Made by a program: the position numbers and the translations under genes. Positions 17,801 to 30,800 of a DNA stretch of 64,000 nt are shown piece by piece (position 1 is the first letter of the stretch; each line of letters begins with the position of its first letter). The stretch covers positions 32,001-96,000 of IMG/VR virus record IMGVR_UViG_3300042894_006198. One strand, written 5' to 3'. The notes under the pieces were generated by a model that was given only the letters and a program-made list of their open reading frames with translations, was not told where the DNA came from and did no database searches. This DNA is from a virus.

Positions 17801-18769
17801 ACAACATTTTATACAGACTATGATCCTGTTTCCTATAACATTGTAAGTATTAGTGCAGCTACACCTGCTGTTGTTACTACATTGCCACATAATTTTAGTG
17901 ATGGGCAACGTGTAGTTATTACAGGTGCAGGTACAAATAATGGTGTAAAATTTGTAAAAGTTACAGGATATACATCAACAACCTTTGCGCTTTATAGTGA
18001 TCCTAGCTTAACAACACCTGTTACAGGGGTGTCAGCAGTAAGTGGTATTGTCAAAACCGTCCCAGGTTGGTACACCACCGTACTAAACAATGTTACTAAC
18101 GTTGTTACCCTAAGCGATGTTACTGCAGATTATAGCGTTGAATCAGGACGTGGTGCTATAATTTTCCAATATCGACATAATAGTAATAATACTACCCGCA
18201 TCGACCCTGGAACCACCAACATCATTGATTTATACGTTGTAACACAACAATATTATACTGAATATACCAATTGGATTAATGATACGACAGGCGTATTGCC
18301 TGAACCATTAGTACCAACAATTAATCAACTTACTCAAGCTTATGGTGATGTTGATCAATATAAAATGTTAAGTGACAGTGTTGTATTGAATAGTGTACAG
18401 TTTAAGCCATTATTTGGACAAAAAGCTTCACCTGCATTACGTGGTACGATTAAAATTATTAAAAGTCCATTTACCACTGCTAGTGATAGTCAAATACGTA
18501 GTGCTACATTAACTGCACTGAATAATTATTTTAGTTTAGATAAGTGGAATTTTGGCGATACTTTCTATTTTAGTGAATTAACAGCTTATTTGCACGTTGA
18601 GTTAGGTGATTTGATTAATTCTGTGGTGGTAGTACCACAAGATCCTAATCAAAAATTCGGTGATTTATATGAAGTACGCTGTGCACCATACGAGATTTTT
18701 GTTAATGGTGCCACTGCAAATGATATTGTCATTGTAGCTAGCCTTACACCAACCGTTTTGCAGCAATAA
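14834..18769 (+). CDS. gp6: Baseplate wedge subunit gp6-like (extended)
   Basis: DYETLR...FNDYIESSEFIALLDVMAY...ENFIDTAERRDSV, FGDGVF, ESLASIKERAP...QNRMVNGEDY motifs. Confidence 0.9.
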   Translation: MASSSRQSALFGVQDWKKIYQTYREADFVSYDYETLRKTFIDYLTTYYPETFNDYIESSEFIALLDVMAYMGQALAFRSDLNARENFIDTAERRDSVIKLANLVSYTPKRNITAQGTLKITAIQTTEDIRDINGTPLANQPIQWNDPANPYWQTQFNSIINSSLISSQYVGRPGNSATLLGIKTDEYTLSIPGGYLPIVPFVAQVDGVDMNFEAVSVTSLNRDYLYEIPPAPSGAFNILYQNDRLGFGSANTGWFVYFKQGVLQNVDFNFPDAVENNVQLVNIEGINNTDTWLYKLDSQGNTEQLWTQVESIYANAQLQLENSLRTIFSVTSRANDQVTYVFGDGVFAEIPVGSFRAYVRSGNALKYTIDPNEIQGITVNIGYLSRTNRIETLTLTLSLQNPINTALTRESLASIKERAPARYYTQNRMVNGEDYTNFPYTLYNSIVKSKALNRSSIGVTRSLDLLDPTGKYSSTNVFANDGALWIVDGDDPTTGAPTSATTFSLSNINFATEFLTQSFKQIISSSQCQQYYLQYYPRYSGYYTPAGVSGSYQVYWNLSTVNSDNVTGYFYISTTADYPQTVGPLNGTDLRYIAQGTLIKFVCPNPDTQCFDKNNRIVTRQPNYIIGDKTYIWVGVEEVIGDGENFGNGNLENGSGPITLSEYVPQTAIIDKTLSSTYTVTAITKATPGIVTTSGTHLLVDGQEVVLTGVVGMTEVNAKTYYAKVTGYSTTTFALYNDPALENPVNTSIYTTYVSGGTVTTTATGIIPSIDTSLSNTIIRQCLNLIQLRQDFALSFDNSITANLERWEVVQPIPTSSVTPTSYFMSFTFNSVDNVYYVRYRTLQYYFGSVSEVRFFFDQFEKVFDNKSGQTIADFVNIQGVNSNLQSAAPLGTDYFLDIIAQPVQSDGYADDYAVEITSIDSDTGYPIDPDFFELITDTTTSPYPYVFFRTVTDSLGLYRQEIVPNGAIVIAQETYADVYANRYLYPAGTTFYTDYDPVSYNIVSISAATPAVVTTLPHNFSDGQRVVITGAGTNNGVKFVKVTGYTSTTFALYSDPSLTTPVTGVSAVSGIVKTVPGWYTTVLNNVTNVVTLSDVTADYSVESGRGAIIFQYRHNSNNTTRIDPGTTNIIDLYVVTQQYYTEYTNWINDTTGVLPEPLVPTINQLTQAYGDVDQYKMLSDSVVLNSVQFKPLFGQKASPALRGTIKIIKSPFTTASDSQIRSATLTALNNYFSLDKWNFGDTFYFSELTAYLHVELGDLINSVVVVPQDPNQKFGDLYEVRCAPYEIFVNGATANDIVIVASLTPTVLQQ

Positions 18770-18825
18770 TCTAAATATGCTGATAATTACGGCGACTAAA
18801 TACATTTATTAGCATATAAAATAAC

Positions 18826-21800
18826 ATGGTAACTAAGGTACGCACAATCGATTTTTTGCCTGAAATATTCAGGACTGAGACTAACAGACAATTTTTGTCT
18901 GCTACACTTGACCAATTGACGCAGCAAAAGAATGTATCTGCCGTACAGGGATATATTGGCGAGAAATTTGGTTATGGTATTAGTAGAAATGACAAGTATG
19001 TTGTTGAGCCTGATAAAACTAGAACTGATTATCAGTTAGAACCTGCAGTTATCTTTTTAAAAGATGATACGCAAACACCACAAGACTTCATCACTTATCC
19101 TGGCATCGTCGATGCACTGCGACAACCCAATAATGTTACCTTAAACCCACAATCATTGTTTGAACAAGACAGTTACAGTTGGGAATCTTTTATTAACTAT
19201 GACAAATTATTAAACTATCAGCAGTACTATTGGTTACCGCTTGGTCCTGACACCGTGTTAGTATCTACTGATACTGTATATAATCGCAGAACCTATACCG
19301 TTATTGATTCAAATGATGGTTATCGCATTTCAACGTTTGCTCAAAAAAACCCAATCATCACGTTATTACGTGGTGGAACATATAAGTTTGTAGTCGATGG
19401 CAATGCGCCATTTTGGATTCAAGGTGTCCCAGGCACCAACGGAACCGAACCCCTATACCCAAATATAAGCACAAGAGATGTACTAGGTGTTACAAATAAT
19501 GGTACGGCAAGTGGTGAAATAACCTTTACAGTACCTGCAAGAGATGCACAATCGCAGTATATATTGCCTGGTAATCATACGGTGGATATTATTTGCACAA
19601 GTAATTATGATGACATAAATGGTAAAACTTTAGCAGATATTGGTGGTTCAATTGATGGTGTTACTGATTTGAATGGTAAAACTATTATGTTTTACGGTCC
19701 ATCTAGTGTGGCTAATCAAATTAAGTACTATCGTATTGAATATGATACAAACAATAACTTAACTGCAACAACAACACCTGATGCTAATTATACAAGTGTT
19801 TCTACCATTGGCGTAGTTGATGTAAGTGATATTTACGCAGGTATGGTTATTTCAGGTAGTGGTATACCATCAGGTACTATAGTAGAAAACATTATCAATT
19901 CAAATTTATACTTAAGCAATGCTATTACTGTAACTACATCAACTACATTAACATTTAGCAATAATCGTTTTCCTGTGCCACCATCAGTGTCAGTAGGCTA
20001 TAACGCAGCACCATATGCTGCATATGATCAAAATTATATTGATCCACTACAAAGTTCATATACACCCGTAGAAATTGGTTTTGATCAAACAATTGTATTA
20101 CGCTTGGTAGATATTGGCAATATTCCTACTATGGAAACTATTACTGCTAACTTAGGTACTGTATATCAAGCAAGAAAGTTCTTTAGAAATTTAGCAGGTC
20201 AAATTGAGTTAATACCATATCTTAGCGCACAATTAGATAGACTATACTATCAAAACGCTAATGATCCAAATAGTGTTGGTATTATTGAATTGATTGAAAG
20301 TAACGCTGATGCTTATATCTACATTAGTGATATTCTCGGTAAAACAAATTATACAAGTCCTAATAAAGTACAATTTACTAATGGTTTGAAAATTAGTTTT
20401 GAAGGTAATGTAGTACCAAGTTCATACGAGGGTAATGAGTATTATGTAGAAGGTGTAGGAACAGCCATTCAATTGATTCCTGTAGGTGATTATGCAACAC
20501 CTGAGATCTATACTGATCCAATTTTTGTACCTTATGACATGGAACCTTACGATACAACAGGATATGATGTTGTATTGAATCAACCACTTGATGCGGATTA
20601 TTTAACAATTAGTAGATTATCACGTGATCGCAATGCATGGTCACGTAGCAATCGTTGGTTTCATTATGATGTGTTACAAGCTACCTACAATTATACAAAG
20701 AGTGCACGTTCATTAGAAGATTTACAAAGTACAACAAATAGAGCAAAGCGTCCTATTATAGAATTTGTGCCTAATTTAAAATTATTTGATAGTGGTACAA
20801 AATCATTAGGTTCAGTAGACTTTTTTGATACTGCTACTACAGATTTATTATCTACTGTAGAGGGCATTGTACCTACATTACCAACTATAGCTAATTTTTC
20901 ATCAGCAACAGAGGCTATTGTAACCATTAATAATACACAATTGGTTGGTACTATTAATCCATCTTTACCTGTTACATTAATCGAAGGACAATCTGTTGTA
21001 TTACAAATACCTAGCACATGGCCTACAGAATGGCAAGTTTTAGATAATCAAATATATTATATCTATGACATAAACACGTCTAGCCCAACTGTTACTACTT
21101 TTAAATTATCAAGTGTTTCTACTATTGATACACCTGATCCTCTTGATACAAATGGTTTTACAGCACCATCAGTAGGCACAGCCTATGCAAGTTTTGGTGA
21201 GTATATTATTGATGGTGAAAGTGTATTTGATGGTGCTAGAATTATTGTAAGTAATGATACTGATGCTAGTGTACGAAGTAAAGTATATTATGCAACCTTT
21301 GTTCAAATCGATACAGCGGGAACTGTTGTAGCAAGTTTTGTTCCTGATACAGATGTTACAGTGACTAATTTAAGTCAAGCAGTTATTACACGAGGTGACG
21401 TATCTTATAATCATCTTGGACGAACATTTGTTTATGAAGATGTGTTGTTTAATAATGCAGGTGGATGGCAACAATGTCAACTAAAGACAGGACCTAACCA
21501 AGCACCCCTATTTGATATATTAAATGAAAATGGTGTAAGTTTTAGTAATACGTCATCATATCCTGCTACTACTTTTGCAGGAACAAAGTTATTTTCATAT
21601 ACAGAAAATAGTTCTAATCCTGATGATCCTGTATTAGGTTTTCCATTAGAATACACAAGTTTAGAAAATACTAGTGATATTAATTTCACAGTAAACCTTA
21701 ACGTAGATACATTTAGTTATACAAGTGGTTCAACTACTGTTACAGAATTAATCAATACAGGCTATGTTAATCAATATGAAATCATTGATGTACCAACCAA

Positions 21801-24800
21801 GCGTATTGGATGGGTAAATTCTATAGAGCAAAGTGTACAATATCAAGTATTTTCATTTACAACATCAGCTCTTAATACAGCAAACAATATTACAACGGTA
21901 AGATGTGATATTCCTGCTCAACCTGACACAGGATGGAATCCTGTTAAAGTATATCTAAATAATCGTTACTTAAAACCAAATGAATTTACCTACACAGTGA
22001 CTTCATCAGAAACTATTGTGTATATACCTAATGGATTTAATGATTTACCTGTTGTAGTGGAACTGCTTAGTGCAGAGGTTAGTCCTACAGCATACTATAC
22101 AGTACCTACTAACCTAGAAAATAATCCATTCAATGTCAACCCAACAACAATTGATTTAGGTGGTATTAGAAATCATTGGATTAGTATATGCGAAAATAGT
22201 GGATTAGTAACGGGTAGCTTTGTTGGTAATAATAATAGTCGTGATTTACCAAATTTAGATCCATATGGAAATAAGATTATTCAAAACAGTGCGGCAATGT
22301 TGTTGCCTGGGTTGTTTTTGCGTAAAGCAGGGTATAATATATTAGATGCGTTAAATTTTAATTCTAATGAATATACAAATTATAAACAAGTTATTGTTGA
22401 TACTGCTTATCAGTTAGATTTTGGTCCTTACGACAGCCCATCGACCATATTAGATACTATAGTACAGCGTTTAGTACAAGCTAAAGCAGATACTGCTCCT
22501 TTCTTTTGGAGCGATATGTATTTTAGTGGCGATCCTTATATCACTAACACTTATCGTTTCCGTAATCAAGCAAGCACTGCTACCTATACATTAAGTAGAA
22601 TCTATGATTTTACAAGTGCAAATTACTATGGTTTAGGCATTTATGTAACACGTATCATTGATGGTATTGCACGTGAGATACAATTATTGCGTGATGTAAA
22701 TTGGGTAACTAGTACAACATCACCTAGCGTAACCATAACCTATAGTTTTTTAGCAGGTGATGTTGTTACCGTTAAAGAATATAATCAAACTTATGGTACA
22801 TTCTGTCCTAATACACCATCAAAATTAGGCACCTATCCTGCTTTTGTACCACAGGTATTGCTTGATAATACATACCTTACGCCAACGTATTTTATTGTAG
22901 GTCATGATGGTAGTTATAATAAGTTATATGGTACATATATTAATGGTCGTTTAACAGACCCACGTGACATTGCACTGTTTGAGTTTGAAAATCGTGTATG
23001 GAATAATATTAAAGTAACACAAGATATTCCTATTGTTTATGCCGATGTAGCCCCAGGCAAATTCCGCACCACGTCATATTCTGAAGAAGAAATTTTACAG
23101 ATTAAAAATCCATCATTCTTAAATTGGATTGGAAAGAATAGATTAGATTATAGAACTAATTTCTACCGTTCAAATAACGCATTTTCATATAATTATCGTG
23201 GCAGCACAATGAGTATTGATGATAGTATCATTACTCAAGGCTATTGGCGTGGTATATACAATTGGCTATATGATACAGATACGCCAAACATTACACCATG
23301 GAAAATGTTAGGCTTTGCAGTACGTCCTACATGGTGGCTAAGTTATTATGGTGATGCACCATATACTAGTGATAATACTACATTGTGGACAGATTTATCA
23401 AATGGTTTTGTTTGGAATAATGGTGATAGTTATACTATTACAAAATATGTTCGCCCACAATTATTAAGCATTATACCTGTTGATAGTATGGGCAATCTAG
23501 TGCCACCATTAGAATTAGTTGTTAATTTCTATAATACGCTTGATTTTAATAAAAGTTGGTTACCAGGCGATGACTCCCCAACCGAAGCAAGTTATGAAAA
23601 GAGTAGCACTTATCCATTTGATTTAATGCGTTTGTTAGTATTGACAAAACCTGCACAATTTTTTAATTTAAATGTTGATCGTGATTTATATAAGTTTGAT
23701 GTTGAGTTAGGGCAATGGTTATACAATAACCGTTATCATATTAACCCTAATGATATTGTTGTATATGGTGATGGTACGCCAAAGCATAGTTATATTAATT
23801 GGGTAGTAGATTATTTAAATCAGCGTGGTATATCATCAACCTCTGAGGTACAAGTATCTTTACAAAATTTAGATGTGCGTTTGGTATATCGTGTTGGTGG
23901 ATTTACTGCTAAAAAGTTTTTAAGTTTTCTAGTAGAAAAAGCAAGCACTAATAGTGCAAACACAGGATTATTGATTCCTGATGATAGTTATAACATATTA
24001 TTGTATGATAACGTGCCATTTGATAAGATTACTTGGTCTAGTGTGGTTGTACAAAAAACTGAAAAAGGATATTCAGTTTGGGGTAATAGTTTAACACAAA
24101 GTTTCTTTACTTGTGCTCAACCCTTAAACAACAATTACAAAGAAGTTGTTAGTTATGGTGATTATCGTGTCAGCGTAAGTACAGGATTTAGTAAAACACA
24201 AACTTACATTGTGCCTTATGGTACAGAATTTTATAGTTTAGAAGGTGTAGCTGAATTTTTAGTGCGTTATGGCGCACACTTAGCCAATCAAGGTATGTTG
24301 TTTGTTAACATATTTGATGGGGTAGAATATAATTGGACACAAATGGTTGCTGAGTTTTTATATTGGCAATCACAAAAATGGTCAGTGGGTAGTTTAATTA
24401 ATCTTAACCCTAATAGCCAACGTTTAAGTATTAACAAAGATAATTTTATTGTACAACCATTAACTTTACAACAAAGTAATTTTGTACTTGATCAAAACAT
24501 GTCGCCTATCAAACCAACGAATATGATGATTAATCGTGATGGCACTGCTTTTGAGTTACAAGTAAAAAATGTTGGTGATACTTTAGCTTATTCTGTTTTC
24601 AACATGTCAAATATTGAACATGCTATTGTGTTTGATAATATTACATTGTTTAATGACGTTATCTATAACGTATCAATTGGTTTACGTCAAGAACGTATTT
24701 TAATGAAAGGATATGTTACTGCTGAGTGGAATGGCTATGTTGATGCACAAGGATTTTTATTAAATCAAAATAATGTACAAGAATGGCAATCAAATATCAA

Positions 24801-27800
24801 GTATTCAAAGGGACAAATTGTTACTTATAAAGGACAATATTGGGTTGCATCTGAAATTATTGAACCTAACGCAAACTTTAATCAAGAACAATGGATAAAG
24901 AGTGATTATGAATCTGTACAAACAGGATTATTAGCTAACCCTAGCACTGAAGCTGCGGAAGCATTGTCTTTTTACAATACCAACGTTGCTGCATTAAATG
25001 AAGATACTGATTTATTATCATTTAGTTTAATTGGTTTTAGACCACGTGAGTACATGGCAGCAGCAGATTTAAGCAATATTAGCCAAGTTAATATCTATAA
25101 AAACTTTATTAAACAAAAAGGCACTAATATTATTGCTAATACGTTCAAACGTGCTGAATTTGCACAAGGACAAATTGACTACGATATTTACGAAAATTGG
25201 GCAATTAAGAGTGGTGAATTTGGCGCAGTAAACAGTAGTAATTTCGTTGAAACATTATTAATTGAGGCAGACTTAAACAGTAACCCAACGATTATAGGAT
25301 TTACTGATAGTAACATTACCTCGGTTAATGGTGCTCAACAAAATACAAACATCAATGAATTAATTAATTGGGACAGAAAACCTTCTACTGCTAATTTCTT
25401 GCCACCTATGATATCAAATTATACGGTGCAGCAGGGTATACCCACAGCAGGTTATGTTAATTATGATGATGTTGAAATTACTTCATATACTTACGAAGGT
25501 TTAAATGATTTAACAACCACTGTACAAAATATGTACTATGGTGATTATATATGGTTGGCTGATTATTTAAGTACATGGAATGTAAGCACACCATTAAGTG
25601 TTGGCGCAGTAGTTGTATTATTACAAAATAATTTAAACAGTACATGCACGTTAACTTTTGATAAGCCACACGGTTTAGTAAAGAATCAACGTTTCAGCGT
25701 AGTTGGTTTTAATAGCGAAGTAGATGGATATTATATAGTAAACACGGTATTATCACTTAATTCAGTACTCATTAATTTAATACTGCCAAACAATATTCGT
25801 ACCATTGAAGGTGTAGGTATTGCTTTTAAGTTTCAGAATCATCGTGTTACACAGCCAAGTGCAGCTAATAATTTCCCTATTGCAGGTAATGAGTTTACTA
25901 GAAAGAAAATTTGGGCAGATGAAAACGGTCCTGAGCCTGATAAACAGTGGGCAGTATGGGAAAGTGTTCCCGTATTTCAACTTACCACATTAACAAGCAC
26001 TGCTAGTAGTGGACAAACAGGCGCAGTTGCCTATAATTCTACTGTAGGCTCAGTGGTTGCTTATGCAGGTTATGTTCGTGTATTCCCATTAATTGGTTCA
26101 CCTTATAATCTACTATCATCTTCTAGTGTAACAGCTATTGCTGTGGCAGGAAGTTATATTTTTACAGTAAGTGGCACAACCCTAAGAATTTATAATGCAC
26201 CAACAACTACAGCAGTACAAACAATAACGTTAAGTAATACATGTACAAGTATTGACACAAGTGCAACAGGAACTATTGTATATGTTGGTAGCCCAAGCAC
26301 GAATAATGTTTACCAATATGTTAACACAGGTGCATCTTGGGTAGCAGGTGCAACAATTACTACACCTAGCGCAAGTGGCAGTGTAGGTGCTGTATTAGGG
26401 TTTGGTACATCTGTTACATGTAGTAATCAAGGTAATAAGTTATTTGTAGGCGCACCAACGTCAACTATTAGTGGTATTACACAAGCAGGTGCTGTATATG
26501 CGTTTGATTATACAGGCAGTGCAGTAAATTTACAACAAACTATAGTCAACCCTGCACCACATCAAGGTGGGTTATTTGGTAGAAGTGTTTCTACTTTCCA
26601 ATATGGTAGTGATTTTATAATTGGTGCACCATTTAATTTACAAACTGTTGATGGTATTAATAACGTAGAGGGCGCAGTATATCGTTATACAAGTCCTGCA
26701 CAACGTTATGGTACAATAAGCGGTGTAGTATCAGCAACTTATCCATTTAGTGGTACCTTATACATTGATAACGATACAATTACTATTACTTCAGCAGCTA
26801 ATTTAGCAGGTATTGTGTCACAAATTAATGCAGGATTAACGGGTTCAGGTCGCACTGCGCTAGCATCATATAGTGGTTCAACGTTAACGATTGCGGTAGA
26901 TCCTGACTTAGTGGATACACCACTTAATTTAATTGACATTAGTAGTAACAGTGTGGCTACACTAACTGCTTTAGGTTTGACACCCTATGTGTTAACACAA
27001 ACAATTTACGAACCTTACAAAACAAATACATCACAATTTGGTTATTTGGTTGCGATGAATGAGCTTAATAGTATAGCTATTTCTGCACCTACAGCAACCA
27101 AACATGATTTAACTACATTTGATTTTAGTGATGATTATGCTAATAATGACACTATATTTGATTGGGGTGCTACTACATTTATTGATCAGTGGCCTTTATT
27201 TGGTGAAGTTTGTGTATACGATTATCTTCCTGCTGCAAATGAAAACATATTAAACACAGGTAAGTATGTTTTTGCAGAATATGCTAATGATCCAACATAC
27301 AACATTGCTAATTATGGTTTACAACCACAATATGGTAACGGTGGATTATCATTTAATAACAGTGTTATTACTGTAACTAGCCCAAATTGGGGTACACCTG
27401 ATGTTGGTCGTGTAACACAATTTACAAATAGTAATAGACAAACATGGAACGTTATTCGTGCTCCATTGGCTGCCGTTGATATTAATAAGTTACAGTTTAT
27501 TGAAATATACGATACTATTGACAATCAAACATTAGATTATCTTGATTATATCGATCCAATACAAGGGAAAATGTTTGGTGCTGTAGAAAGTAATATAGAT
27601 TTTATTACAACAAAAGATCCTGCAGGATATGGCATTAACAAACCTGCTTGGACAGAAGATATGGTAGGTCGTATTTGGTTTGATCCAAGTGAAATAAGAA
27701 TGGTTGATACACATCAAAGCGCATATGGTACACCAACCATTCCTGATAGTGTATACAATTCTAAATATTGGGCACAACCATTTGTAGGTAGCTTACCACG

Positions 27801-30800
27801 TGTATATCGTTGGACAGAAAGTACGGTAGATCCTCTTAACTACAGCGGCCCAGGCACCCCTCTCGATTTTGAAACATACGTATCAGTTACCGTACAAGAT
27901 AATAATATTAATAGTTTAGTTACGTTGTATTATTTTTGGGTAGAAAATAATCCCATTATTGATACTAAGATAGGCAAAACACTTAATACATCAACAATAG
28001 CATCGTATATTCTTAACCCATTGGGGTCAGGTATATCTTACTTAGCACCATTAGGTACAAATTCTGTAGCATTGTTTAACAGCACTAATTATGTTCGTGC
28101 TAATAATAGTGCGCTACATATTGGATATTCAAGCACTGTCAATTCAGATCAAAAACATATTGAGTTTAATTTAATCCGTGAGGGCGATCCATTTGATTTC
28201 TTAAATGGTGTGCCAAACACACGTCGAGTAGGTCAAGAAGAACCAAAAGGGTTATATCTTAAGTTTATTAATAGCTTTGCAGGGCGTAATATTTTAGGAC
28301 AAACTGTACCTGATACTAATTTGCCATTGTTGGTACGTTATGGAACAAGTAATATCTATCGTCAAAGTATGTTCCGCAATCGTGAATTAGCCCTACAAAA
28401 TTATATTGATTATGTCAACAGCGTATTGATGTTGTACCCAATTACTGAAAGTCGTGTTATACCATTTTTAAATGAGGTTGGCTTAACATGGGATACAAGA
28501 GATTTTTGGTCTTATGAAAATTATTGGGTAAATGGTTACAGCAATGCTACTAAAGCACAAATTCAAGTACAAAGTGTGCCTGAATTAGCCTCAGTCAATG
28601 CACGTGAAGGTTTGATTGCTTATGTACAAACATCTGTAACTAGTGGGAATGGCACATATTATAGTTATACGGATGGTGAATGGGTACTAATTGGTATAGA
28701 AAATGGAACTATACAGTTTTCATCAACTTTATATACTAACACAGATTTAGATGAAACTTCCATGCCAATTCGTTACATTGTTCGTGCTATTAATGAACAA
28801 ATCTTTATTGGTGATTTACAAATTGAGCGTAATCGTTCATTAACATTAATGTTTAATTACATCATGAGCGAAGCACAACAACGTAAGAACTATTTGCCAT
28901 GGTTGAATAAAACATCGTTAATCGACGTTTCACACACTATTCGACAGCTTATACCTTATGAAAAGTTCCAACGTGATAATCAAGATTTCTTAAGTGGTTG
29001 GTTAAATGAAGTAAAACCATATCACGTAGTTATTAAAGATTTTGCTTTCCGTTATGCGGGGCAAGATACTTTTGAGGGTGATATTACAGATTTTGATGTT
29101 CCATCACGTTATGTCAACTCAATGAATCAATACGAAAGTCCAATATTGGTTTATGAATTAACGCAAACACAAGAAAATGAATACTTACCTACTAACCCAA
29201 TATGGACAACAAGCCCTTATGTAAATTGGTATAACAATTATGGTCTTAGTATTGACTCAAGTGAATTAGAAAATTTAGCTATTGCACAGTTACGATTCTT
29301 TGTTGGACGTGATGCAACAAGTATATACATTAGTAATGCTTATGGAATGCCTGCAATTGGGTATATACAAATAAATGATGAAATTATTGGTTATAACTTT
29401 ATTGATTATTATCGTGGGCGTTTGGCAGGGTTGAGTCGTGCAAGATTTGGTACGGAGATTGCGACACATAATCCTGGGGCGGACGTGGTATGTACGTTTG
29501 ACCCTGTTACAGTGATTGAAACAGGACGAGCATATGCTAACCCACCAACTATTGATGTCGTTATTGATACTGCAGTATTTCCTGAGCCACGTGAGCAAGC
29601 CATATTAACACCGATTATGGCTAATGATCGTTTAATTGGCATACAAGTAAACGATGGTGGATCAGGTTATGGTCAACAACCTGAAATTATTATACAACCT
29701 GCTTTTGAAGAAACATTTGCCGCCACAGCATTTAATACAGGTACAAATCGTGTAACCTTAACATCATCAACAAGCTTTATCAGTGGCGATTGTGTTCGTT
29801 ATCGTGTTGAAGCAGGTAGTACACCTCCTATTGGGTTAACAGATGGTGCTTATTACTATGTTCGTGTAGACACAGCATCTAATAGTTTATACTTGTTTTA
29901 TAACAAAGCAGCAGCAATTGCTAGACGAGGAGATGTTAATTACGATGATGATCGTGTTATCATGTATGGTGGTGCGGTAGGTAATGGTCATGTGTTTGGA
30001 CAAACAGCACGTGCAGTGGCATTTACAACAAGTCGCCCAACACGTGAAATTAAAACAACAATTAAATTAGATCGTACAAGCTATCGTAGTACCATATCTT
30101 CATGGGATGGTTCCAACACTGCTTATGCAGGACCTTTCACTGATCCATTGAATATAAGTTCTTCATTATTTTTAGCAAGTGGTGAGAATTATGGTTTAAT
30201 CAGTAATAGCAATATTACCATACCAACGACATTGCCTTCTACAATTTCCGTTACTACAACCACAGATCCCACTGTGTTTAAGTCTAATCAAGTAGTTGCG
30301 CTAACTGCAACGTCAGTATGGGAACCTGCTACATATGGTAATGGGCAAACCATTGTTACTTATAATACAGCAACTTCACCATTTTCATCATTTGCCATTG
30401 TAGATAATCAAGGATTAAACTTTGGTGGTGGTGCAGCAGCATTACGTGGTGCAGCTATAAGTTTTGAAAGTGATGGTAATCCTGATTATGATTTACTTGG
30501 TACACCACAATGGAATGGTAATAATTTAGCTAATACGAGTAACGTATATTGGAAGAGTATTTCTAGTATTACATCAGCAGCTTTAGCTACTGTTACAACA
30601 ACCACTGATCATAATTTAGTTAATTGGCAAAAAGTATACCTTGCAAATATCACAACAACACCAACAAGTGGTAATGTTATTAATAATAAAACATTTTATG
30701 CTAATCGTTTATCTAACAATGCTTTTTACTTGTATTCAGCTAATACTAATAGTACAGGATTAACAGCTAATGGTAATTACACAACAGGTAATATTATTAA